A stretch of 55,804 nt of DNA from a plasmid, in sequence record NC_022046.1; one strand, written 5' to 3'. The notes beneath the pieces were generated by a model. It had not been told where the DNA came from and did no database searches. It was given only the letters and a program-made list of their open reading frames with translations. The translations under genes were made by a program, and so were the position numbers. Below are positions 28,131 to 37,230 of this stretch, piece by piece; the first letter of the stretch is position 1; each line of letters begins with the position of its first letter.

Positions 28131-28290
28131 CTACGGTAAAACCACCGGGAGCATGTCTTAGGATATACGGTGGAACCACCGTAAGTAAGGAAATAAGACC
28201 TACGGTAAAACCACCGTAAAAAGCTTACAGCATGACCCCACCGTTTCCTCGCCTCTGGCGAGCCTCCAAACACTGTTTGGGGGCAAAAAC
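28131..28290. promoter_or_regulatory. oriT-like region: 17-bp direct repeats and several short inverted repeats upstream of the relaxase operon.
   Basis: Direct repeat CTACGGTAAAACCACCG at 28131-28147 and 28200-28216. Inverted repeats ACGGTGG-AA-CCACCGT (28167-28182), TCGCC-TCT-GGCGA and CAAACA-C-TGTTTG. Confidence 0.5.
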
Positions 28291-28492
28291 ACATTATGCT
28301 CTTATCCATTTACTTCGTAAAATTGGATAACCCTTTTTAGACAGTGGATAATCATAATTGATTATTCATTGTTTAAAAGGCTCATAACTCTTGTTTTTTA
28401 AAAATAAAAGAAACCGGGGATCCGGGTTCTTCCGGGTACGATTTCGCTGTAGGCGATGTCGTACGGTCTTCAAATGAAAGGGGTGGAATTAT

Positions 28493-28732
28493 TTGGCAGA
28501 AGTAAAAATTCGTGATCTAGATGCAGCTGTCGTGAAGCAATTAGATCAATTAGCTCGTGAAAAAAAGATGTCGCGCGAAAGTTTTCTGCGGCAATTTCTG
28601 ACGAGCATTGCTGCATTGGAGGAAAGCAATCATCTTATTGGAAAACAAGAAGAGGCGTTCCAAAAAATGACAATAGGAATCATCGAATTAACGAAAGATG
28701 TTCGACAATTATTAACAGAAATTCGTGAATAG
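28493..28732 (+). CDS. Ribbon-helix-helix (CopG/MobC-like) relaxosome accessory protein candidate.
   Basis: 79 aa, N-terminal RHH-like beta-strand + helix pattern (AEVKIRDLDAAVVKQLDQLA), directly upstream of the relaxase operon. Confidence 0.45.
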   Translation: MAEVKIRDLDAAVVKQLDQLAREKKMSRESFLRQFLTSIAALEESNHLIGKQEEAFQKMTIGIIELTKDVRQLLTEIRE

Positions 28733-28743
28733 GGGGATATAAC

Positions 28744-29184
28744 ATGGCGAGAAAAGAATTTCACATCACCGATCAAAATGCAACTTATATCAAAGAGATT
28801 AAGAAAGAACTAGGATTTAAAAGTGAAGGGAAAACAATCAATTATATTATTCAAACATTCGCCGAAAAACAACGTGATTTTTCGCTTGCTAAATTTATGG
28901 AAGACCACTATGAAGAAAATAGAAAATTAACTACACGCATACGATTAGGTGTCAACTCCGCAGAAAAAACAACACAAGAAATCAAGGAAATGTTAAATAA
29001 CTATTTCCTATTCAATCGAGAACCAGAGGAAGCATTTTTCCCAATTGAAAAAGACAAACACTTCATCACACAAAAAGCAGAAGAAGAAGTGCAACGACGA
29101 TTTAAAATTATGCGTGATAAAACGAAAGAAGCTAGCAGGAAAAAACAAAAAGACCCTGTAATTCCGGAGCCGGTTCATGAGTAA
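28744..29184 (+). CDS. Mobilization accessory protein candidate.
   Basis: 146 aa; its stop overlaps the relaxase start. Confidence 0.4.
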   Translation: MARKEFHITDQNATYIKEIKKELGFKSEGKTINYIIQTFAEKQRDFSLAKFMEDHYEENRKLTTRIRLGVNSAEKTTQEIKEMLNNYFLFNREPEEAFFPIEKDKHFITQKAEEEVQRRFKIMRDKTKEASRKKQKDPVIPEPVHE

Positions 29185-30517
29185 AATAACAGCAGGTATT
29201 GTATTAAAGACAAAATTTATTGTTCCGAATAGTCCATTAAACAAGTCGAAACAATATTGGCCAAATTATATCAAATATATTGATCGTGATGAAGCCGTTC
29301 GTAATGCGCATTATAAAGAATTTAGTTTGATTGGTAATGAAGAAGAACGTGCAGAAGAAGATAAGGAACGGAATAAAAAATATATTGATTATATGGGCAA
29401 TCCGCAAAAAACATCTGGCTTATTTACAGAGGGAAAAACAAGACTGACAGCAGCTGAAAAGAAAAAATATAAATCGGCTTTTCAAACTGCCCAAGATAAT
29501 AATAGTGTTATGTTTCAGCATGTTATCAGTTTTGATAATGATTGGTTAGCGAAACAAGGTATTTATGATCCGAGCATTGGCATGCTTGACGAAAAAAGAT
29601 TGCAACAAGTAACCAGCGCTACGATGAAAAGCTTTTTGCGTAAAGAAGAAATGGACGGGAGTGCCATTTGGTTAGCAGCAATCCATAAAAACACTAAACA
29701 CTTTCATGTCCATATTTCTGTGACGGAACCAACCCCAACTCGTAAATTCTATTCCAATAAAAAACGACCAGAGTTGGAAAAAGGAACTGATGGAAAGCCA
29801 GTAAGAGATGGACGTATGGCACCCGCAACAAGGAGAGCTGTAAGGAGTACGGTTTATAGTGAAATTGCGCAGCCTGGTGTTTTTTACCAGCGAATTGATG
29901 ACTATGCGAAAGCACAACTTCTTACGCCACTTCGTGAATCAAAAGAAGCCCTTCGATCAGAAGAAAACGTTGCTTTATTTTTTGAGCTACACCAAATGTA
30001 TAAGGCACATTCAGGTCAATGGAATTATGGAAACTTAAATAAGCATCCAGCAAAAAAGGTGGTTGATCAAATCACAACGAATTATTTAATGCAGCATCAT
30101 CCAGAAGAGATGCAAGTATTTCGTAAAGCGTGGGAACATGAAGGGAAATTGCAGCAAGAAGCTAATGGAGAGAAAACAGAATTTAATATACACACCTATT
30201 TAGAGAGTAAGGATGAAAAATTATATAAGCAATTAGGGAATCAAGTTCTTCAGGAAGTAAAAAAATATGATCGCTCGAATGGCGAGTCTAAAGCTAGTGG
30301 CCATTATTTAGATCAGCAGGGGAACTTAAAAGTGACCGGAAGGTTAACACCAAAAGATAAACTTGAGAGATATCGACGTCGCCGGGGATCTGTGATTTAT
30401 CAATTGAAAAAGATGGATTATGAGTTAGATAATTCCTATAAAAAGTGGAAGAATGACCGGGCCTTTGAAGAACTTGAACAAGAAATGGAAAGGGAAAAAT
30501 CAGTTCATAGAGGATAG
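29177..30517 (+). CDS. Relaxase/mobilization nuclease (MOBP/MOBQ-like).
   Basis: 446 aa with histidine-triad motif AAIHKNTKHFHVHISV (HxH.H 3-His motif III) and an N-terminal catalytic-Tyr region. Confidence 0.7.
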   Translation: MSKITAGIVLKTKFIVPNSPLNKSKQYWPNYIKYIDRDEAVRNAHYKEFSLIGNEEERAEEDKERNKKYIDYMGNPQKTSGLFTEGKTRLTAAEKKKYKSAFQTAQDNNSVMFQHVISFDNDWLAKQGIYDPSIGMLDEKRLQQVTSATMKSFLRKEEMDGSAIWLAAIHKNTKHFHVHISVTEPTPTRKFYSNKKRPELEKGTDGKPVRDGRMAPATRRAVRSTVYSEIAQPGVFYQRIDDYAKAQLLTPLRESKEALRSEENVALFFELHQMYKAHSGQWNYGNLNKHPAKKVVDQITTNYLMQHHPEEMQVFRKAWEHEGKLQQEANGEKTEFNIHTYLESKDEKLYKQLGNQVLQEVKKYDRSNGESKASGHYLDQQGNLKVTGRLTPKDKLERYRRRRGSVIYQLKKMDYELDNSYKKWKNDRAFEELEQEMEREKSVHRG

Positions 30518-30527
30518 GAGCTAAAGG

Positions 30528-30890
30528 ATGCAAAAAAGAAATAGAACAAGAAAGAAAATACGGCCAAAACGGAAAACATGTTTGATAGAACCAGATGATA
30601 TTTGTGTAACCACGGTCATGTATCAAGAAGAGACGAACAGGAAAGTGAGACCAGTAGTAGTTCTTGAGATTGATAAAGAAAAAGAAATTGCCTGGTGTCA
30701 TAAAATGACGACAAAACCAAAAGGGATTCCTTTAAGGAGGTGGATCGAAGAAGGACTTTTCAAACCAACCTTTGTGGACAATCGGATGGTTATTCCAGTG
30801 AAAATGAAAGGGATGGTCCGTATAGGCGTGCTGCATCCAGAGGATAAAAGCAGCCTAAATTCATGTACAACGCTTGGGATTACGCTATAA
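30528..30890 (+). CDS. MazF/PemK-like (SH3-barrel) protein candidate with a basic N-terminal extension; no cognate antitoxin gene seen.
   Basis: Pattern DDICVTTVMY...KVRPVVVLE...PLRRW...KPTFVDNRMVIPVK..RIGVL parallels MazF GDIVxVxF...KxRPALVLS...P...V.CDQIRTIDK.RL; weak similarity. Confidence 0.3.
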   Translation: MQKRNRTRKKIRPKRKTCLIEPDDICVTTVMYQEETNRKVRPVVVLEIDKEKEIAWCHKMTTKPKGIPLRRWIEEGLFKPTFVDNRMVIPVKMKGMVRIGVLHPEDKSSLNSCTTLGITL

Positions 30891-30910
30891 TGAAAAGGAG
30901 GTGAGAAGAA

Positions 30911-31674
30911 TGCATACAAATCCACGGTTACCTAACGAATATTTACAAGATGTATTGGTACGCTTAGCTCATCATTCCAGTGCGATTGAAGGGAACACGA
31001 TATCGCTCGCCGATACGGTGTCTATTATCTTGCATAATAAAGTGACGGGGAAAGAAAGTTACGATCTTCGGGAAATTTATGAAGTGAAAAACCATGAACA
31101 AGCCTTTGCTTATGTGATGGAAGAGATAGAAGCATTACGACCGATCAGTGTTCCAACAATCAAACAGATCCATGCGTATTTAACGGATCGACTGCAGTAT
31201 GATCATGGCGAGTTCAAAGCGAGTGCCAATGCGATACTTGGTGCAGATTTCCAGACGGCGAGTCCACAAGAGACCCCCTTACTCGTGCAACAATGGGTAG
31301 ATAATGTCAATTACCGTTTAGGAACGCATGAAGAAAGTTTGGAGAAAGAACCATCGAAAGATGATAAGTTAGAAACTATTCTGGAAAGCCATATTGACTT
31401 TGAACGTATCCATCCATTCAGTGATGGAAACGGACGAACAGGACGGATGGTCATGAATTACCTATTGATGGAAAATGATTTTCCACCATTGATTATCAAG
31501 GCAGAAGAAAAGGCGGTCTACATGACGTATCTAGCCAATCAAGATGTTTCGGGCTTCCATACATTTGCGCAACAGAAGCTGGCTCAAGAAAAAGAACGGG
31601 TAGATCAGTTTAGATCTACGGAAAAAGAACAAATCCAGTTGCCAAAAAAGCAAAAGGATGATTTAGAACGATAA
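30911..31674 (+). CDS. fic: Fic-family protein (AMPylase-type) with an internal inhibitory motif.
   Basis: Canonical Fic motif HPFSDGNGRTGR. N-terminal SSAIEGN matches the (S/T)xxxE(G/N) auto-inhibitory helix (class II Fic). ATG at 30911 has RBS AAAGGAGGTGAG. Confidence 0.85.
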
Positions 31675-31717
31675 AAGGTTCCTTACGTCAGTGAGGAGTT
31701 TTTTTCAAAAATAATTA

Positions 31718-31756
31718 GATAGCTAGGAACTTCCTAAAAAGGAAGTTCTTTTTTTT
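31718..31756 (+). terminator. Intrinsic terminator after fic.
   Basis: AGGAACTTCCT-AAAAA-GGAAGTTCT followed by T8. Confidence 0.5.
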
Positions 31757-31787
31757 GTGCCAAATTATAAAAGGAGTGGTAAATACA

Positions 31788-32318
31788 ATGAAATATGAAG
31801 AAGAAAAACATCCATTATTTAACCAAGAAGCATTAGATCAATATGTGGAAGATACTTCCCAATATTATACCGAAAACATGAAAAATGCGATGCACTTATG
31901 GCCCAATGGTAAAATGACAAGTTCCACCTATGAGGGAGTGAGGGGGGACGACCATCAAGTGATTTCCAATTACTTTGATAATATCGACATGCCAGAACTG
32001 ACAAAACTAAAACGAAGTGAGGTAATGAAAGTTGCGGCTGAAGGTGTGGGAGTTTTGATTGTAGTTCCAGAGACAGAAAAAATATTGAAAGCGAAAAATC
32101 AAGTCCTTACAGATAAACAAATTCAAGTTGTGTGTAAAAATAACTTCGAGTTGGACTACTTCAGTGAAGGTATCGTGCTTACAAAAGAAAAAATGGAGGC
32201 TTATGGTGTGACGGAAGCACAGATACAAAACCTTGCAGCTAAAAATCAAGCAGCTAAGGAGAATAAAGCTTTGCAATTAGGAGAGGTAGAAAAAAGTATA
32301 GAGGATCTAGAAAGATAA
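31788..32318 (+). CDS. Hypothetical protein.
   Basis: ~176 aa from the ATG with RBS AAAGGAGTGG (track ORF starts at 31755); no motif. Confidence 0.35.
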   Translation: MKYEEEKHPLFNQEALDQYVEDTSQYYTENMKNAMHLWPNGKMTSSTYEGVRGDDHQVISNYFDNIDMPELTKLKRSEVMKVAAEGVGVLIVVPETEKILKAKNQVLTDKQIQVVCKNNFELDYFSEGIVLTKEKMEAYGVTEAQIQNLAAKNQAAKENKALQLGEVEKSIEDLER

Positions 32319-32324
32319 GAAAAA

Positions 32325-32358
32325 GAACCTCCCTGGTATCGGGGGGGTTCTTTTTTAA
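32325..32358. terminator. Bidirectional terminator between convergent genes.
   Basis: GAACCTCCC-TGGTATC-GGGGGGGTTC followed by T6. Confidence 0.45.
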
Positions 32359-32690
32359 TTTGGATACAAAGTTTCAACGGTATCAACCAATACTTTAATT
32401 TTCGCGATTTCTTCTTCGCTTCTCAAATTTAGGGATAGTAACCATTGCTTTAGGGACAAATCATTCCATACTTTGTCTTCCTGAACATAACCGACTAATT
32501 CATCTATCGATAGATGGAAGTAAGTGGCAAGACGGATCAGCTTTTCAATATCTGGTTTTGTTTCACCACTCATGTAGTAAGCGACGGTTCGTGTTTGAAC
32601 GTTTAATAATTCAGCAATTTGATGATTTTTGAGACCATGTTCTTTTTTTAATCTCGAAAGATTTTCAGCAAATTGGTGTTGAATAGTCAT
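32355..32690 (-). CDS. XRE-family HTH transcriptional regulator.
   Basis: 111 aa; HTH LKNHQIAELLNVQTRTVAYYMSGETKP. Confidence 0.75.
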   Translation of the reverse strand: MTIQHQFAENLSRLKKEHGLKNHQIAELLNVQTRTVAYYMSGETKPDIEKLIRLATYFHLSIDELVGYVQEDKVWNDLSLKQWLLSLNLRSEEEIAKIKVLVDTVETLYPN

Positions 32691-32863
32691 GGTTCTCCCT
32701 CCTTTATTTAACGTTTTAAGTATAACAAAAATTTCTAAAAAGAAAAGATATTTCCTTATTCTATAAAAAAGAATGTAATTATCACTTGAAAATGAAATAA
32801 AATAAGTATATTATGAATTTAAGAAATATAATTTCCTTTTTATAGGAAAAGGAGTGAAGACAA

Positions 32864-33262
32864 ATGTCTATCATACAAGGATTTTTAGATATATGTGATC
32901 GGATCGCTTACTTCTTTGGAGAATTAGTTAGTATCATTGTTACAAGCATTTTACTTGTGATTGAAAACGTATTTACTGCTTTATATCATGCGTATCAAGC
33001 AAGCGGTCAGATGAAATGGGCATGGTGGACGGTTATGACTATATTAGCTTGTATGATTGTCGTATTTATCATTCGCTATTTTATTATTGTCGCAGTAGCT
33101 ACGCTGTTTTTGGTCCCTTTAATGGCTTTTTTTGTCAAAGCCTTTTTGACAATCGTTGTAGCTACCTTTCTACTTACGATTGTTTTTATTATCATTTATA
33201 AAGGCAAAACGAGCATTTCAAAATGGATGAGAGCAAGAAGGAGTCAGCAAGAAGGAGCATAA
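32864..33262 (+). CDS. Hypothetical polytopic membrane protein.
   Basis: 132 aa, 3-4 TM helices, RBS AAAGGAGTG. Confidence 0.4.
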   Translation: MSIIQGFLDICDRIAYFFGELVSIIVTSILLVIENVFTALYHAYQASGQMKWAWWTVMTILACMIVVFIIRYFIIVAVATLFLVPLMAFFVKAFLTIVVATFLLTIVFIIIYKGKTSISKWMRARRSQQEGA

Positions 33263-33265
33263 GAC

Positions 33266-34750
33266 ATGAACGAAGAAACTAGAAAAAAGAAAAAAAGACC
33301 TTCACTTACCACACTTTACGAAGGAACGATGAAGGAAATTACGAGCAATGAGAACCGTTACATCGAATTTTTGAATTTCGCCAGCAGGGTGCATAAATAT
33401 AGCTTTGATGAACAGCTGCTTTTATATGCACAAAAACAAGATGTCCACATGGTAGCGACATTTGATATTTGGAAAAAGCTTGGTCGGTTTGTGAAACGCG
33501 GATCTACTGCAGCGCTTCTATTTGATTACACGACACAACAAAGAAAGTATGTCTTTGATATATCCGAAACAGGCGGAGAACCCCTTCAGGTATTTGATTG
33601 GCAGTTACTTGATAATGACAAAAATGATTTACTTCGATATTGGAACACATATGAAAAACAGAGTGGTACGCTTGTCAATTGGGAAGATGGCATTCACGCA
33701 AAAATAGCTTCCTATCAAAAACCAATAGGTGATCAGATTCATCCGTTTTTTGTAAAAGATATTGAAGTGGTTGCAGCGTATATCATCTATCAACGAACAA
33801 ATACACTAATACCAGAGGATTTACTACTAGATGTACAGAGCGTTTTACAGATTGGGAAAAGAGATAATACGTTACTGGAGATACAACATTTTGCCAATTT
33901 AACCGCAAAGGAATTTTTACAAGATGTGGAACGCATTTTAAATAATGAACTGAAAAAAGAGAGGGTGCTTTACCATGACAGAATCAAATTTGAAGATGAG
34001 TTATCGCGAAGAGAATGGCAACCTGCTTCCAGAGATAGAAACGTCAGAAGAAATGATGCCGATTGGAAAGATCGGGAAGCTGATCCAATTGAAATGGGAG
34101 AAAGAAAAATCGCTTCAAGTGATGAAATGGAAGTTAAACGGAAATTATCTTCAGGAAGTGAAACGAATGGAAATTCAAGTGCAAGACAAGATCAACCAGT
34201 ATTACGAGAAACTCGTGACGAAAGAAAGCTTACCGACCGAGATGGAACCATTAGCGAGAGCGAAGCGTCTGAAATCGCTTCGGATGCAAGCAGAGGAGAT
34301 CATTCTGAACCAACTATAGTAGAAGAAGTAAAAGAATCTGAGCGATCAGGTTCTTTTTTTATGCCTGTCAGTGAGCGAGGAGAACAAGTCGATTTATTTG
34401 CAGAGGAAACAAAACACATGGAAGATCCAACCCTTCCTTATTTAGAAGATCATGAGGAAGAAACGGTGGAGAACTTTCGCTTTGCGGATACATTCACTTT
34501 TCCAAGTGGTCCAAAAGCTAAATTTCAAGCTAATATTGCAGCCATTCGATTGCTGCATCGATTAGAAACGGAGAATCGGTTCGCTAATAGCGAAGAACGC
34601 AATATATTAGCGCAATACTCAGGGTGGGGTGGTCTTGCGGATGCTTTTGATGAAAACAAGCTAGCGTTTCAAAAAGAATATCTCGAACTGAAGGAGTTAC
34701 TAACACCTGAAGAATATCAAGCAGCATTTGAAGGAACTTTAACGACCTAC
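33266..34750 (+). CDS. ArdC-like N-domain (DUF1738-type ssDNA-binding) conjugation protein (LtrC/TraC-like), 3'-truncated by IS21 copy 2.
   Basis: N-terminus YSFDEQLLLYAQKQDVHMVATFDIWKKLGRFVKRGSTAALLFD resembles ArdC/TraC1 N-domain. The ORF runs into the IS21 end at 34751 (track ORF end 34768 is IS-derived). Confidence 0.5.
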
Positions 34751-34852
34751 TGTAAAGGGCCATATTAAAATGTAGGAAAAGGGCCATCGAAAATGTAGGT
34801 ACATGACAAATCTGATATTCTTTTTCATGAAACTATCCAAGGAGAGTGAATC

Positions 34853-36077
34853 ATGAGAAAAGATGTCTTAGAAGGAGTGTTACTACACATTATGAATGAA
34901 ATTCATCCTAATTTCGCAGCCCTTCAAACAATATAATTGTGATTATCGAACGGTTAAACGCTATTATGAAGCTGGATTGACGGGGGATTTAGATAAGCTT
35001 AGAGAGAGAAAACCTTCGGTCCCTCCTTTGCTTCATGGTTTTGAAGAAATTATTCGTGATAAATTAGAATTAAATTGTTCGGCAGCTTCTATCTTTTATT
35101 TCTTAGGTAAAAAAGGTTATAAAGGGAGTTATACAACGATTAAACGTTATTGTCGTAAATACCGGGAAGAAAAAGTACAAAAAGCAACGATTCGCATTGA
35201 GACCACACCCGGTCTTTCTGCTCAAGTAGATTGGAAAGAAAACGTTAAAATGGTTAGCCGAGACGGTGAAGTGTTTTATTTCAATATTTTTCTCTATATT
35301 CTTGGTTACTCAAGAATGAAGTACTTAGAGCTCACTTTTGATCGAACACAACCGACGGTTTTTCAGTGTTTAGTCAATGCCTTTGAATATTGCGGAAACG
35401 GTATTCCTCAAGAAATTTGGTTTGACAATATGAAAACCGTTGTCGACCGTAGTAAGAGTCAATTCACACAAACTGTTTTCAATGAAAAATTCCGGCAATT
35501 TGCGAAAGACGCTGGATTCCATCCGATTGCTTGTCGTCCTTTTAGACCCCAAACAAAAGGGAAAGTGGAAGCATTAGCCCGAACAGTTGAGCGTTTAATG
35601 GTCTTTAATTATGAATTTACAGATGTACAAGAGTTAAAACAGATCATATATGAATTGATGCAAGATCTGAATGGCTCCGTCTCACAAGCCATCCACAACA
35701 AACCGACGGTTTTACTAAAGGAAGAGCTTCCCATACTAGCTCCCATCCATCGTTTAGAATTGCTCAGCTATGTTTCTAGAAATAAACGTCTACTGAGAAA
35801 GGTATCGATGGAGTCCATGGTTCAATATCAAAATGCTAAATATTCTGTTCCTGTTAAATATATTGGGAAAGAAGTGACGTTAGATATTCGTAGGGACAAT
35901 CTATTTGTTTGGTATGGGGATAAATGTATTCGAACCCATCCTATAAGTGAAAAAGCGCTTAATTATCAACGCGAAGACTCGCTTGAAATTTTGCGTTCCG
36001 ATGTATTTAAATATTTAGAAGATGAAGAATTAGAGCGATTTGTCGATGATAATTTACATGCATATGACGATCTATAA
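34853..36077 (+). pseudogene. istA: istA with a 2-bp deletion frameshift after codon 24.
   Basis: Copy 1 reads GCAGCCCTTGCCAAACAA; copy 2 reads GCAGCCCTTCAAACAA at 34917-34930. ATG at 34853 gives MRKDVLEGVLLHIMNEIHPNFAAL then shifts frame; the track ORF 34896..36077 starts from an internal frame. Confidence 0.8.
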
Positions 36078-36843
36078 GGAGGAAATGATGTCCCATTACC
36101 ATCAATTGTTAAATCAACTAAACGAATTGAATTTATCTTGCATGAAAGAAAATCTACCTGCCCATTTAGATGAGGTTGCCAAAAGTGATAAATCGCTTGT
36201 AGACTCTTTATTCGAGCTCACCCAACAAGAAATTAGTTATCGTAAAAAAGAAAGTCAAAAAAAGGTATTAAAGCGTGCAATGTTCCCCTACCACAAACGA
36301 CTCCATGATTTCAATTTTGATTTTCAACCAAGGATAAAAAAGAAGGAAATGCAGGATTTATTAACATTACGCTTTTTAGACACATATGACAATATTCTCT
36401 TTATTGGAAATAGTGGTGTTGGAAAGACCCATTTAGCCGTTTCAATTGGATTAGAATGTATCGATCGTGGTTTAAGTTGTTTGTTCATTACGAGCACTGA
36501 ATTAGTGAATCGTTTGATCCGCGCTCACAAGCGCGGAACTAGCGAAACGATGCTAAAAAAATATTCGGGTTATTCGGTGTTGATTATCGACGAAGTCGGC
36601 TATTTACCTTTCTCCAAAGAAGGTTCCAACTTACTTTTTCAGCTGATTAATATGCGGTATGAAAGAAAATCTACGATTGTTACAACCAATATCCCACTAT
36701 CCCAGTGGTCCGAAATATTTGGAAACAAGAAGCTTACCAACGCGCTACTGGACCGGTTGGTCCATCACTCTAAATTGATCCAAATTACGGGGCCCTCTTA
36801 TAGAATGAAGAGTTATAGCGAAAACAAAGAGGTGAAATCGTAA
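36040..36843 (+). CDS. istB: IS21 family IstB ATPase (copy 2).
   Basis: 267 aa, one substitution (E to G) relative to copy 1. Confidence 0.9.
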   Translation: MSMIIYMHMTIYKEEMMSHYHQLLNQLNELNLSCMKENLPAHLDEVAKSDKSLVDSLFELTQQEISYRKKESQKKVLKRAMFPYHKRLHDFNFDFQPRIKKKEMQDLLTLRFLDTYDNILFIGNSGVGKTHLAVSIGLECIDRGLSCLFITSTELVNRLIRAHKRGTSETMLKKYSGYSVLIIDEVGYLPFSKEGSNLLFQLINMRYERKSTIVTTNIPLSQWSEIFGNKKLTNALLDRLVHHSKLIQITGPSYRMKSYSENKEVKS

Positions 36844-36920
36844 AAACGTTTAAACGATTTTCACCTACATTTTCAGTGGCCTAAAACCAACATTTTAATA
36901 TGGCCCTTGACACTATAGCC

Positions 36921-37214
36921 TTATTGTTTGATATTTGCATCTTCATTATGATTATCTTTTATCTGTGTCTTTAATTCATCCAAAAACCTTACTCCTTCAT
37001 TGGTTTTCGTATATCGTACACTGCTCCCATACTTTATTCTTTTTACATATCCTAGATATTCAAGTGTATAAACCGCTTTTAACAACTCTGATTTCGTGAA
37101 GCGATTGGCGCCTTCAACGTCAATAATCATTTTACTAAGTTCCCAAGTCGTTGCATTTTCACTTTCGCAAGTTAGTAACACTTGCAACATAATTTCCTTT
37201 GATAATTTTTCCAT
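36921..37214 (-). CDS. Small putative winged-helix transcriptional regulator.
   Basis: ~97 aa from the ATG with RBS TGAGGGAT (track ORF starts at 37256); helix-turn-wing-like pattern TTWELSKMI...LEYLGYVKR. Confidence 0.35.
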   Translation of the reverse strand: MEKLSKEIMLQVLLTCESENATTWELSKMIIDVEGANRFTKSELLKAVYTLEYLGYVKRIKYGSSVRYTKTNEGVRFLDELKTQIKDNHNEDANIKQ

Positions 37215-37230
37215 ATCCCTCAAATACTCC

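Larger units (their letters stand above)
34751..36912 (+). mobile_element. IS21-family insertion sequence, copy 2, 2162 bp, inverted relative to copy 1.
   Basis: Ends TGTAAAGGGCCATATTAAAATGT (34751-) and ...GGCCCTTGACA (to 36912). >99% identical to copy 1 apart from a 2-bp deletion. Confidence 0.85.

Noticed and set aside
28109-28309. 66-aa minus-strand ORF from the track.
   Set aside because: It lies entirely on the oriT-like direct and inverted repeat cluster and has no RBS. Its composition is driven by the repeats.
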